Assembly: GCA_964540635.1 (NCBI GenBank)
Contig: CAZINP010000001.1
Location: forward strand, 9,540-73,539
Length of the DNA stretch: 64,000 nt
From: an uncultured Gammaproteobacteria bacterium
GTDB lineage: Bacteria > Patescibacteriota > Patescibacteriia > Buchananbacterales > UBA6539
Direction of reading: 5' to 3'
Part shown: positions 50,711 through 60,049 of the stretch, one piece after another
Position numbering within the stretch: position 1 is the stretch's first letter
Layout of the letters: each line of letters starts with the position of its first letter
Notes under the pieces: model-generated
Seen by the model: the letters and a program-made list of their open reading frames with translations, nothing else
The model's database searches: none
What the model was told of the DNA's origin: nothing
Position numbers and translations under genes: made by a program

Positions 50711-51958
50711 TTAAATCAATTTGTCTTGTTTTGGTTTAACGGCTTTAATATTTACGCCAACCTTGCCATACACGCCATCATAACCCGGGGTAATTTTTAC
50801 ATTACCATTTCTTACAGCCAAAATTCCCTGAGCAATTTCTTTGGTGGTTATGTTTTTTAATTCCTCCGGAGTTTTATCAAGTAATATGGCAAACTCATTA
50901 TCACCCTTTTTTATCGCTTCAAAATAATAATTCATTACTTTTTTTGAAGCCTTGCCAACACCGTAAATGTCACTGATAATTTCAGCTAGAGGCACCAAAG
51001 ATTTATAACCAATTGTATCCAACTTATACCCAGCCGGCCTGTCAGCCAAAGCGGCGACTCGATTTAAACCGCCAATCGTCAAAGGTTTTTTGCAAACCGG
51101 ACAAATATTGTTTAATTTTTTTGACTCTTCCGGCAGAAGCGAAACCTTGCAAGCACCGTGACCATCAAGGTGATATTTTCCCTCTTCCGGATAAAATTCA
51201 ATGGTGTACAAAAATCTTTTTTTATCTTTTTTAATTAAAATCTGCGATAAATTATCAAAATCAAAATCATTTTTTACAAATTCAAAAACATTTGCCTCTC
51301 GGCCGAGATTGCTGGGAGAATGAGCATCGGAATTTGAAACCAAGGTAATTTTATCAAGTGCCGAAAGACGCCAATTCATTGGCGGGTCAGAAGATAGGCC
51401 GGTTTCAATCGCATAAATATATTTTTCATATTCGCCGAAACACTCACCTAAAGAATCAAATCCGGAGTATGAACCAAAAACCGAAAACCACGGCGTCCAA
51501 ACGTGAGCCGGGATTATTAATGTTTTTGGATTCACCCCAAAAACAATCGCCGCCAAATCTTTGGCAGATATTCCCATGATCGGTCGACCGTCTGATTTCA
51601 AATTTACCTTTCGCTTTTCCAATTCTAAAATTATTTTATCAACCGTCTCAAAATCAGGCGCTAAAAGACAAGTGTGGATACGTCGCGTTTTCCCTCCTTG
51701 AGAATAAATAGAAGAAAGTTCCGAGCTTAAAATAAAACGAGTTGAGTTTTTATCTGACTTCAACTTAAAAAATCCATTCTCGGCCGGCTGCAACTTTGAC
51801 TTTAATTCTTTAAGCCAGGCCGGATGCGTAAAGTCGCCGGTAGCGACCAAATCAATCCCCTTTATTTTTGCCCATTCGTTTATGTGTTCCAAATCTAAAT
51901 CTTTCGAGCAAGCGCGCGAATATTTTGAATGGATGTGGAGGTCGGCAATAATTCTCAT
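50711..51958 (-). CDS. PHP-domain protein with internal Cys4 zinc-ribbon, endonuclease Q-like
   Basis: The N-terminal metal-binding motif ADLHIHSKYSRACS, an internal CPVCKKPLT zinc ribbon and a C-terminal helical region match the EndoQ/TIGR00375-like architecture. Confidence 0.45.
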   Translation of the reverse strand: MRIIADLHIHSKYSRACSKDLDLEHINEWAKIKGIDLVATGDFTHPAWLKELKSKLQPAENGFFKLKSDKNSTRFILSSELSSIYSQGGKTRRIHTCLLAPDFETVDKIILELEKRKVNLKSDGRPIMGISAKDLAAIVFGVNPKTLIIPAHVWTPWFSVFGSYSGFDSLGECFGEYEKYIYAIETGLSSDPPMNWRLSALDKITLVSNSDAHSPSNLGREANVFEFVKNDFDFDNLSQILIKKDKKRFLYTIEFYPEEGKYHLDGHGACKVSLLPEESKKLNNICPVCKKPLTIGGLNRVAALADRPAGYKLDTIGYKSLVPLAEIISDIYGVGKASKKVMNYYFEAIKKGDNEFAILLDKTPEELKNITTKEIAQGILAVRNGNVKITPGYDGVYGKVGVNIKAVKPKQDKLI

Positions 51959-52049
51959 ATTAGTTTAATAATTTTATCATTATTTTTATAATAAAAAAAG
52001 GGCGCCGAAAACAAACCGAACGCCCGATAAATTTCTCTTTGATGCCATT

Positions 52050-52877
52050 TTAAAAGCATCGCCAATTTTTCAAATGAACATCAACTTCTTGACCGAAACC
52101 GGCCGTTTTCACGTCTTCCAGGGCCGACAAAACGTGAAGAGCATGGGTGCCAAAACGCTCAACTCGATCCTCCTTGTTCGAAGGCGAGTATTCACGATTA
52201 AGCAAACCCAATTCACTGTGATTTTGGTAGATGGCCGGATGCGGCACTTCTACCACTTCTACCGAACCGCCCTCAAAGAGGTAAGAAAGCTTGACCAGCC
52301 CCTCAAGGCAAGTGCCGTAGCGTTCAAGCTTGAGCTCGTGTCCCAAGAAACTTGCAACCAACGCCGGCATAGCCCAGAAACCACTTAAAGGATCAGTGAT
52401 GTCTTTCCATTTTGTTACTGAACGGATGATCGCCGTAAAAGCAACGTTGAGCAAATCGCGGTCAAGGGGCGTGCCATAGCGTTCAGATTCGGGGTGATAG
52501 CGCGAACCGATCACCAAACGAGGCAAATCATCAACACGCAAGCGCGCCAGGATCGGTTCAAGCAAATTGACGTCGTGCTGACCATCAGAATCCATGGTGA
52601 CCAGATAGTCATAACCTTGCTTAACCGTACGCTCATACAGGCGTCGCAGCGAATAGCCCAAGCCGATGTTGCCATTGTTTGAAAGCAGCTTGACCCTATC
52701 GCCAAAAGACAAGACCACATCTTGAGTGTCGTCGTTTGAACCGTCATCGACGACGCAGACATCAAACTCAAGATCTTTGATCGTGCTAGTCACCGCCAGC
52801 AAACGCGGCAAAAAAACTTTCAGGGAAGTTCCCTCATTGCAGGCCGGAACGCCTATCAGACAAACTTTTTTTCTCAT
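52050..52877 (-). CDS. GT2-family glycosyltransferase (DPM1/polyprenol-phosphate glycosyltransferase-like), GC-rich
   Basis: PACNEG, VVDDGSNDDT and TMDSDGQHD (DxD) are present. GC is about 50% against a roughly 40% background. Confidence 0.75.
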   Translation of the reverse strand: MRKKVCLIGVPACNEGTSLKVFLPRLLAVTSTIKDLEFDVCVVDDGSNDDTQDVVLSFGDRVKLLSNNGNIGLGYSLRRLYERTVKQGYDYLVTMDSDGQHDVNLLEPILARLRVDDLPRLVIGSRYHPESERYGTPLDRDLLNVAFTAIIRSVTKWKDITDPLSGFWAMPALVASFLGHELKLERYGTCLEGLVKLSYLFEGGSVEVVEVPHPAIYQNHSELGLLNREYSPSNKEDRVERFGTHALHVLSALEDVKTAGFGQEVDVHLKNWRCF

Positions 52878-52894
52878 GTGCCCTCCTTTGCGGG

Positions 52895-53467
52895 TCAGGG
52901 TTTGGCTTGTTGAAATAATGACTTAATATACTCAATGGTTTGAGCTAAATTAGTGGAATTATCAACCAGAAACTTATTTTTCATCCGGCTTTTATTAAAA
53001 AAATATCGATATAAATCACGTTTCTCGGTAATTTTCGAAAGGTTCTCATCTCCATAAGGCGCTTCCTTATCCGTTGCCATCCTTGTTTCGATTCTCTCTT
53101 TGATTGCTTGATCATTAAAATCAGCTAAAATATAATACACGCCCAAACGATTTAATTCTTCTTCAATTGGATAAAAGTATTCTTCTTGGTCATAAAATAA
53201 TTTTAAATAAACGCTAGCCGTTAAATGAAAACGATTAAAAATTAAGGGCTCAGCGGTAATATTTTCAAACACCGGCAAAAAAGATTTTAATCTTTTTTGA
53301 TGATAAGCTATGGCCGCTGCTGGATTATTATTCTGCCTGATAAAATCCGGATGAACATAGCCGTGCAGAGTGGTAACAACCGAGTGTACATACTGCTTTT
53401 CTAAAGCTTCAACAATACTGGATTTGCCGGAGAGATTTCCACCCTCAACAATGATTTTTGGCACCAT
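52895..53467 (-). CDS. P-loop nucleoside/nucleotide kinase-like protein (dNK/TMPK superfamily)
   Basis: IIVEGGNLSGKSS is Walker A. 190 aa. No finer assignment is possible. Confidence 0.4.
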   Translation of the reverse strand: MVPKIIVEGGNLSGKSSIVEALEKQYVHSVVTTLHGYVHPDFIRQNNNPAAAIAYHQKRLKSFLPVFENITAEPLIFNRFHLTASVYLKLFYDQEEYFYPIEEELNRLGVYYILADFNDQAIKERIETRMATDKEAPYGDENLSKITEKRDLYRYFFNKSRMKNKFLVDNSTNLAQTIEYIKSLFQQAKP

Positions 53468-53472
53468 AATGA

Positions 53473-54222
53473 TTAATCAATTAAATTCGTAATTAACACA
53501 AGCTGTTCTTCATTATTAATCCCTACTGCTTCACGCGGTTCGATAGGAACTGTATTTATTTTTAAACCTTGCCCGCAGGCCATCTTGGCCAAGTCCGTTA
53601 GGTAGTATTCTTGTTGATTGTTATCGTTCTTCAACCGATGTAGATTTTGCCAAAGCCATTCTGCCTTAAAGCAGAAGTAGCTAGGATTAACTTCTTTAAT
53701 CTGTAATTGATTTCCGTTAGCATCTTTTTTTTCAACAATCGAACAAACTGTATTATCACTGTTTCTAAGAACTCTGCCAAAATCATAAAATCCGGCTTCC
53801 CAGCCTTTATACTCATCAACCTTAACCGTGCCCATAGTTAATTCACAATCACTTTCCAGGTGACTGAGGGCTAAATTTTTGATCGTATTGGGTTTTAACA
53901 ACGGCATATCACCATACAAAACCAAAATATTTTCCGCTTGGTCTTTTAAAAATTTCTCGGCACACGCTACCGCATGGCCGGTTCCCAATTGTTCGGCCTG
54001 AAAAACATAATCATATTTATCACCCAGTGATTCTTTAACCAATTCAGCTTTTTTGCCAACAACAATCGTTGGGCGGGGATCAACTCCGGATTTTTCAATT
54101 GCCTCCAACAAATACTCAATTAAAGGCTTGCCCTTAAGCTTAACTAAAACTTTAGGCAGGTCGGGATTATTCATACGCTTGCCCAAGCCACCGGCTAAAA
54201 TTAATATTTTTACTTTTTCCAT
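53473..54222 (-). CDS. GlmU N-terminal-like sugar-1-phosphate nucleotidyltransferase (UDP-GlcNAc pyrophosphorylase-like)
   Basis: ILILAGGLGKRM...LPKVL and QAEQLGTGHAV match the GlmU uridyltransferase blocks. The start is taken at M17 of the track ORF to remove the overlap. Confidence 0.7.
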   Translation of the reverse strand: MEKVKILILAGGLGKRMNNPDLPKVLVKLKGKPLIEYLLEAIEKSGVDPRPTIVVGKKAELVKESLGDKYDYVFQAEQLGTGHAVACAEKFLKDQAENILVLYGDMPLLKPNTIKNLALSHLESDCELTMGTVKVDEYKGWEAGFYDFGRVLRNSDNTVCSIVEKKDANGNQLQIKEVNPSYFCFKAEWLWQNLHRLKNDNNQQEYYLTDLAKMACGQGLKINTVPIEPREAVGINNEEQLVLITNLID

Positions 54223-54226
54223 ATAA

Positions 54227-55426
54227 TTAAATTTTAAACTCCAATCGACCAGAGAAAATATTTTGTGCACTTCTCTCTGATTTAGTTATTTCAAAAATTT
54301 TAGTCAAAATATTTATATCTTCCGTTGTTTGTTCCCGATTGCGACGGGCAAACATGGCCTGCTGAGCCTTGATTGCCACCGGCAAAGCCAGTTCAATTAC
54401 GCACCCCAAATGAGCCGCATAGTTTGTAAACGAAACAATATCTTTGGTAATTGTGCCGTAAACAAAACTGCTAACCCCAATGATTCGGCCGGTAAAAATT
54501 GAAGTGTTGATTGCCGTGTGACTAAAATCACCAATAATGGTCCCCAAAAATTGTTGTCCGGTTTCCGTGCCACCCACCTTGACTGTACTGTAAGTATTTT
54601 TTAAATCGGAATTTGAAGTACCGGCAGCAATGTTTATCCACTCACCTAAATAACTATGTCCTAAAAAACCATAATGCTGTTTATTGGAATAACCTTGAAT
54701 AATTGTCGCCTCAACCTCACCGCCAATTTTGCAAACCGGACCAAAACAGCAGTTATCTTTAATGGAAGCAAATTCTTTAATCAAACAATTTTTCCCGATA
54801 TACAATGGCCCAAATAAACACGAGAATGGCAAAATTTTAGAACCCTCATCAATTATAATTATTCCTTTTTTTGTTTCAAAAACAACGTTATCAGATAATT
54901 CGACATTTTCACCGACAAATACACCAGGTTTTATTTTTTTATAATTTTTTTTAAGATAATCCAAATTCTGAGCAAGAATTTTTTGATTAAAAATAACCGT
55001 TTCCCAAGAATATTCAAATGTAGGCCAATCGATTTCAATGGGTTCGTTTGCGACACTGCTTTTTAAATGACCCTCAATGTCTTCAACTCGTTTTTTTGAC
55101 AAAAAACCTATCGCTTTTTTGGAGTTAAATATCGTCGCCGATTCCTTTCCCTTTAATAACTCAAATAATTCTTTGGCCAAAAAGAAGCTTGGAATTAAGG
55201 AAGCGTCTAAGTATAAATAAAAATCGGAATCAGAAAAGTCAGAAATATAATCTGCTCTTACAATCTCACTTATTTCTTCGCGAACCTTGAAATCAATTTT
55301 ATTATTGAAAATGTCACAAATTACCCGACGTAAGGTTGTTGCCCCACAAAAAATATCAAAAGCTGGACGAGTATAAGTTATTGGCAATAAACCCTTGATA
55401 TCAGTTTCATATAAAATTATTTTCAT
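54227..55426 (-). CDS. Degenerate nucleotidyltransferase-like N-domain fused to left-handed beta-helix (hexapeptide) acyltransferase-like domain
   Basis: The N-terminus follows the NTP-transferase pattern (LLPITYTRPAFDIFCGATTL) but lacks the GxG(T/S)R loop. The C-terminus has hexapeptide repeats (IGKNCLIKEFASIKDNCCFGPVCKIGGEVEATII). Confidence 0.55.
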   Translation of the reverse strand: MKIILYETDIKGLLPITYTRPAFDIFCGATTLRRVICDIFNNKIDFKVREEISEIVRADYISDFSDSDFYLYLDASLIPSFFLAKELFELLKGKESATIFNSKKAIGFLSKKRVEDIEGHLKSSVANEPIEIDWPTFEYSWETVIFNQKILAQNLDYLKKNYKKIKPGVFVGENVELSDNVVFETKKGIIIIDEGSKILPFSCLFGPLYIGKNCLIKEFASIKDNCCFGPVCKIGGEVEATIIQGYSNKQHYGFLGHSYLGEWINIAAGTSNSDLKNTYSTVKVGGTETGQQFLGTIIGDFSHTAINTSIFTGRIIGVSSFVYGTITKDIVSFTNYAAHLGCVIELALPVAIKAQQAMFARRNREQTTEDINILTKIFEITKSERSAQNIFSGRLEFKI

Positions 55427-55431
55427 ATCAA

Positions 55432-55791
55432 CTATAATTTCCTCTGAATAAAACTAATTATATGATCAAGCATTTTATCGCCTGCAGTAATTTGGTCCGT
55501 GGTTGTCTTGCCGTGAAGCTTACTGGCGGTTTCGGTATAAAAATAATCAAAATCTTTTTTTAAATCCTCGGGCAAATTACCTGAAAGCAAATAGTCCAAT
55601 TCTTCATAGACCCAAATTATTTGCTGAAACCAAGAGGATCTGACTTTCCAGTTATGATTTTCGTCTACTGAATGTTTAATTTCATCAGGAATCTCATTAC
55701 TCCAATCATTTTTTAAGGAATTTGAACTCAATAAAAGCTCATTTAACTTGCTTTGAATTTCGGGGTTAAATTTATTTTCTGATTCGCCCAT
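55432..55791 (-). CDS. Hypothetical protein
   Basis: 119-aa ORF in an operon with the TrmB-like regulator. No recognised motif. Confidence 0.35.
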   Translation of the reverse strand: MGESENKFNPEIQSKLNELLLSSNSLKNDWSNEIPDEIKHSVDENHNWKVRSSWFQQIIWVYEELDYLLSGNLPEDLKKDFDYFYTETASKLHGKTTTDQITAGDKMLDHIISFIQRKL

Positions 55792-55793
55792 AA

Positions 55794-56537
55794 TTATTTA
55801 GCAATTTTATCCCAAACAAACTCAAAGATCATCTTCTGAGTTTGATATAAATTAGTATCTTTGATAATCACCCCGATTGGATTTTTATTTTCGTCCAAAG
55901 AAATCATGGCAACCTTGCCGGCATAAATTAATGTATATGTTGGTGCGCTCTCTTTTTCCGTCAACCACTTTCGCTCATCCAAACCCTGAGTCTGCCCACC
56001 GGGTCCGATTGAAATCACCTTAACACTCACACCGGCCTTAATGCGATCATTGGAAAAATCAGGATAAGCTTCATAAAGACAATTTTTAATGGCCGAAGAA
56101 GAAAACACATAATAGTTTTTTTCAGTACTCACTAAACAGGAAGAAATAACATCTTGCAAAATAATTTTTAATCCTAAATTGCCGTCGTAAAGCTTCATGA
56201 CCGGTTTAGAGCCAGACTGCTCAAAAATTGATTTTAGCTGAGGGATAATATCGGCGACTTCATTTTTGACTTCTAATAATTCTTTTTGTCTTTTCTCTAA
56301 AGCGTCATTTAAACGAGACGGGTCTTCGGCACTAAAATATTGATGTTTGTCTTGATGGTAGTAACTAACCAAACCCAATTCAATCAGAGATTTTAGGATA
56401 TCATAAGCTGTGCCACGATTTATCTCGGCACTAAAAGCAATTTTTCTAACCGGGGATGGCCCGAGCTTAAGACAGGACAAATAAACTCTGATTTCTTTTT
56501 CGCTCAAACCAAGTTTTTTGAGAGTATTCTCTATCAT
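55794..56537 (-). CDS. TrmB-family transcriptional regulator
   Basis: An N-terminal TrmB wHTH (LGLSEKEIRVYLSCLKLGPSPVRKIA...GTAYDILKSLIELGLV) is followed by a C-terminal effector domain. Confidence 0.7.
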   Translation of the reverse strand: MIENTLKKLGLSEKEIRVYLSCLKLGPSPVRKIAFSAEINRGTAYDILKSLIELGLVSYYHQDKHQYFSAEDPSRLNDALEKRQKELLEVKNEVADIIPQLKSIFEQSGSKPVMKLYDGNLGLKIILQDVISSCLVSTEKNYYVFSSSAIKNCLYEAYPDFSNDRIKAGVSVKVISIGPGGQTQGLDERKWLTEKESAPTYTLIYAGKVAMISLDENKNPIGVIIKDTNLYQTQKMIFEFVWDKIAK

Positions 56538-56664
56538 ATATTAATAAATATTGATAATCATATTATACTCTTTGCCAAAAACTTGTCAATTTTTTTTCTA
56601 CATTTTTTACAGAATAAATAAAAAATAGCTCAATTTAGCTATTTTATTATAAATAATTTGTCAA

Positions 56665-57240
56665 TTAATACTTTATAAGCTTATTTAAAAATTCTATTGA
56701 TTTAAAATCAAAATCTTTTTTTCTTAATATATCTTTAGCCGATTCTGACATTCGCTGATACATATAATTTACCTTGTTTACTGTTTTTTCCAATCCCTTA
56801 TCTTTATAGTATTCAATAATATTTTTATCAAAAAATGAGAGGCTGTCAGCATTTTTTAAAATTTCAGCCAACTCGTTTCCACCAACCTCATGAACTTTGA
56901 TTAATGATTTAACTTCTTCAATATGATCATTCAAACCAAGCTCGGCTAACAATTCTGAAGCAATATTTGCCGAATAATTCTGATGATTTGATTTATATTC
57001 CTGATAGGTTTCACTTAAACCTTTACGTGCTCTTCTTTGATCAAAAAACCTGTCGACATCGTGCATTAAAGCGGCCAATTGCAAGGACAATGGAGAATCT
57101 GACTTTAAGACAAAAAGCCACTCCAAAATATTGAGCGAGTGATTGATTTCATGTCTTAACCTTGAAACGCCAAGGTCTGATTTTTTTATCATCAAAGCCA
57201 GAGCTTCTTTGAGATAATCATTTAATAATAATCTATTCAT
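56665..57240 (-). CDS. HD-domain phosphohydrolase-like protein
   Basis: His...HD motif (LRHEINHS...AALMHDVDR). Confidence 0.55.
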   Translation of the reverse strand: MNRLLLNDYLKEALALMIKKSDLGVSRLRHEINHSLNILEWLFVLKSDSPLSLQLAALMHDVDRFFDQRRARKGLSETYQEYKSNHQNYSANIASELLAELGLNDHIEEVKSLIKVHEVGGNELAEILKNADSLSFFDKNIIEYYKDKGLEKTVNKVNYMYQRMSESAKDILRKKDFDFKSIEFLNKLIKY

Positions 57241-57283
57241 ATTCTTATATTAACACATTTTTAGATTAAAAAAAGGGCTCGGC

Positions 57284-58129
57284 CTAAACCAAGCCCCGGT
57301 AGGTTTTCAACCAATCGATAATTCCTTCGCAGAAATAATCAATTGACAATGGATGGAAAAACGCGTTGGGGCAGATGTTCAGATCAATGACCTGATCGCC
57401 GATAAACTCAACGCACATAAACTCACAGCCAAATTCACGTACAAGCAAATCAACTGTTCTCTGATGAGAAGCCAAAGTGTCAGGTACAAGTTTTTTGGGC
57501 TGTCTCAAGGACGGTTCCACGCAAAAAGCGTCAGATTTTAAAGCCGTAAAAACATGGCCAAAAACCCAATAGACTGTTCGCGTCACTTGTTCAGGGTTGG
57601 CTAAAACTTCCTGATAAAACCCCAACTCATCAAATGAGTGAATCCGCTTCGGGTCAACAATGTTGACTAAGTGGCCGTTGTTGGCCTTTTGAACGACCTG
57701 AGGCCCAAGCTCGCTAGGGATACTCCCCGGGTATCCAAAATACCAACGGGGCTGTTTGACCTGAAGTTGATCAAGGAAAGAACAAACCCCGACTCGATCA
57801 AGCAGCCTCTCGGTCAAAACCGGCGAGTTCATCACTTTAATCCCGGCATACTCCAAGGCCAGCATCGGGCTGTCCCACTCGTTGGGCTTACCAACGTGAA
57901 AATACAGCGCCAAGTCGGGCCGTTCGTATTTTCCCCAGCTTGAAATTCTCAAGCACTGAGCAAATTCCTTGGCACTCTGAGGCCGAATTACTTGCACCCC
58001 TCTTTCAATCAGGGCTTGAGCAATTTTTTCTATTTCCCCGCGAACATCGCTGGGCAGGTCAACAATCAAGACTTTGCACATATGAAGTCCTCCATGTACT
58101 GGTTGAAAATTTTGGGTTTGAAAGACCAA
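57284..58129 (-). CDS. ATP-grasp-like protein (tentative), GC-elevated
   Basis: The C-terminal VEFIGDQVIDLNICPNAFF resembles the ATP-grasp E-x-N...P block. GC is about 46%. The alternative start M17 is at 58081. A minus-strand terminator lies at 57270-57300. Confidence 0.35.
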   Translation of the reverse strand: MVFQTQNFQPVHGGLHMCKVLIVDLPSDVRGEIEKIAQALIERGVQVIRPQSAKEFAQCLRISSWGKYERPDLALYFHVGKPNEWDSPMLALEYAGIKVMNSPVLTERLLDRVGVCSFLDQLQVKQPRWYFGYPGSIPSELGPQVVQKANNGHLVNIVDPKRIHSFDELGFYQEVLANPEQVTRTVYWVFGHVFTALKSDAFCVEPSLRQPKKLVPDTLASHQRTVDLLVREFGCEFMCVEFIGDQVIDLNICPNAFFHPLSIDYFCEGIIDWLKTYRGLV

Positions 58130-58260
58130 TTTTCAATTCAAATATTTAAATTGAAAATTCATCTTTTAAAAAAAATAAAAATTGAGTATAATACAAAAGG
58201 CACTAAATTTCCTACCAGATATTTTTTGCCTTGCCTCCCCCTGACCGGGGAGGTTTTATT

Positions 58261-59094
58261 TTATCGCCAATGCTTTATTGCTTTTTCGTAGCTTTCCGGA
58301 TTACCAACATCAAACCACTGTCCGGCAAACAAATAGCCATACAATTTGTTTTGTTCAACCAGGATGGGCAACACCTCTCTTTCAAAACGCTTCATTGTTG
58401 GTTTTAAATAATCAAAAATTTTAGGATCAAATATATAAACTCCGGCATTAATGACATTTGACAAATCTTTTCTTTGATCGGGTTTTTCCAAATATGAATA
58501 AACTCGACTGCCTTGAAGCCTGACCACGCCCCAATCAGCCGAGCGAGAAACCGAGGTTAAGGCCATGGTCACAAGACCGTTATTGCTCAAATGAAAATCA
58601 GACATATCATCCAAATCAATACTGGCCAAGACATCGCCATAGTAAACAAAAAATGGTTTTTGACCGATTATTTTTTTTGCCTGAAGTATGGGTTGGGCCG
58701 TACCGTTCTGAAATTTTCCTTGTTCAATATATTGAATCTTTACACCAAATTTTGAGCCATCACCAAAATACTGTTTTATTTTTTGCCCTTGGTGACCAAT
58801 TGAAATTATCAAATCACGAACATCAAAGCGCCTTAAATTTTCAATTGTATATTCAAGGACTGCCCGATTATTTACCGGGATCATGCCTTTGGGCATTTCG
58901 TAAGTAAAAGGCCGCATCTTTGCGCCTTGACCACCGGCCAAAATTAAAGCCTGCTTGATTTTAGGCGAAAAATTTTTCGCCAAGACATACTCAATTGCAT
59001 GTGACCTGTTTCTGATACGAGACCCGTCAATATATTCATCAAGTTTTTTTATAATGTCTTTTTTGAGAGTGATTGTCAGGCGTGATCGATCCAT
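58261..59094 (-). CDS. Sugar-phosphate nucleotidyltransferase with N-terminal ribbon-helix-helix (CopG-like) domain
   Basis: The N-terminal RLTITLKKDIIKKLDEYI...RNRSHAIEYVL has RHH beta-alpha-alpha character. ILAGGQGAKMRPFTYEMPKGMIPV is an NTP_transferase core (RmlA/ManC-like). Confidence 0.6.
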   Translation of the reverse strand: MDRSRLTITLKKDIIKKLDEYIDGSRIRNRSHAIEYVLAKNFSPKIKQALILAGGQGAKMRPFTYEMPKGMIPVNNRAVLEYTIENLRRFDVRDLIISIGHQGQKIKQYFGDGSKFGVKIQYIEQGKFQNGTAQPILQAKKIIGQKPFFVYYGDVLASIDLDDMSDFHLSNNGLVTMALTSVSRSADWGVVRLQGSRVYSYLEKPDQRKDLSNVINAGVYIFDPKIFDYLKPTMKRFEREVLPILVEQNKLYGYLFAGQWFDVGNPESYEKAIKHWR

Positions 59095-59238
59095 ATATTT
59101 AACTTTATAATCTTAGCCCTAAAAAAATAATCTTGGGGATATTTTAATAGATAGTTCCGACATTATCATACTACATCATACAAATTTTAATGTCAATAAT
59201 AAAAAACAGCCCTAATTTCTAAGCTGTTTTCCATTATC

Positions 59239-59970
59239 TTAAAGCAAAGAAGCGGCTTGCTTGTCGGCAATAACCGTGGCATCAAAATGATTCACCAAAA
59301 TTGAAGCCGGTAAATTTGGGGTCGGCCTAGACTCAAAAAGCTTTTTGATTGCCTTTGCTTTGTCCTTGCCACTTGCTAATAAAACAATCTTTTTGGCGCA
59401 AAAAATTGTCGCTAAACCCATAGAAATTGCTTCTTTGGGAACTTCATTTTTATTCTTAAAAAAACGTGAATTTGCCTTTATGGTCTCCGGAGTTAATTTA
59501 ACTAAACGAGTTTTTGAATTTAATGGGGAACCGGGTTCATTAAAACCAATATGCCCGTTATCGCCTATTCCTAAAATCTGCAAATCTATGCCGCCGGCTT
59601 TTAGAATTAAACTATCATATTCTCGACAAGATTTATCAATATCTTTTTTGGGGATTAAACCACCGGGGACGTGTGTATTTTTTAAATCAATATCTAGTTG
59701 TGAAAATAAATTTTTATCCATGAAATATCTATAGCTTTGAGGGTCGTTGGGTGATAGGCCATAATATTCGTCCAAATTAAAAGATTTAACCTTTTTAAAA
59801 CTGATTTTCTTTTCTTTATTTAATTTGATTAAATATTGATATAATCCCAATGGTGTTGAGCCGGTCGCCAGGCCCAAAACCGAATCCGGCTTTTCTTCAA
59901 TTTGCTTAACCACAAAGTCAGCGCCCAAAACCGAAAGTTCACTATAATCTTTAACAATTATAAGTTCCAT
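59239..59970 (-). CDS. nagB: Glucosamine-6-phosphate deaminase/isomerase
   Basis: LGLATGSTPLGLY, FNLDEY and IGDNGHIGFNEPGS match the NagB signature. Confidence 0.85.
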   Translation of the reverse strand: MELIIVKDYSELSVLGADFVVKQIEEKPDSVLGLATGSTPLGLYQYLIKLNKEKKISFKKVKSFNLDEYYGLSPNDPQSYRYFMDKNLFSQLDIDLKNTHVPGGLIPKKDIDKSCREYDSLILKAGGIDLQILGIGDNGHIGFNEPGSPLNSKTRLVKLTPETIKANSRFFKNKNEVPKEAISMGLATIFCAKKIVLLASGKDKAKAIKKLFESRPTPNLPASILVNHFDATVIADKQAASLL

Positions 59971-60049
59971 AAATTATTAATATTTCAATTATTCATTAAA
60001 ATAAGACCCGACGATGTCGGATCAAAGTTTTATCAAGCCTAGCCTTATT

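Noticed and set aside
58236-58262. Hairpin CCTCCCCctgaccGGGGAGG followed by TTTTATTTTA
   Set aside because: The T-tract is on the plus strand, but no plus-strand gene ends here. As a terminator for the minus-strand nucleotidyltransferase gene it lacks a T-run. It may be a terminator for an unannotated small transcript. The evidence is too weak for a feature call.
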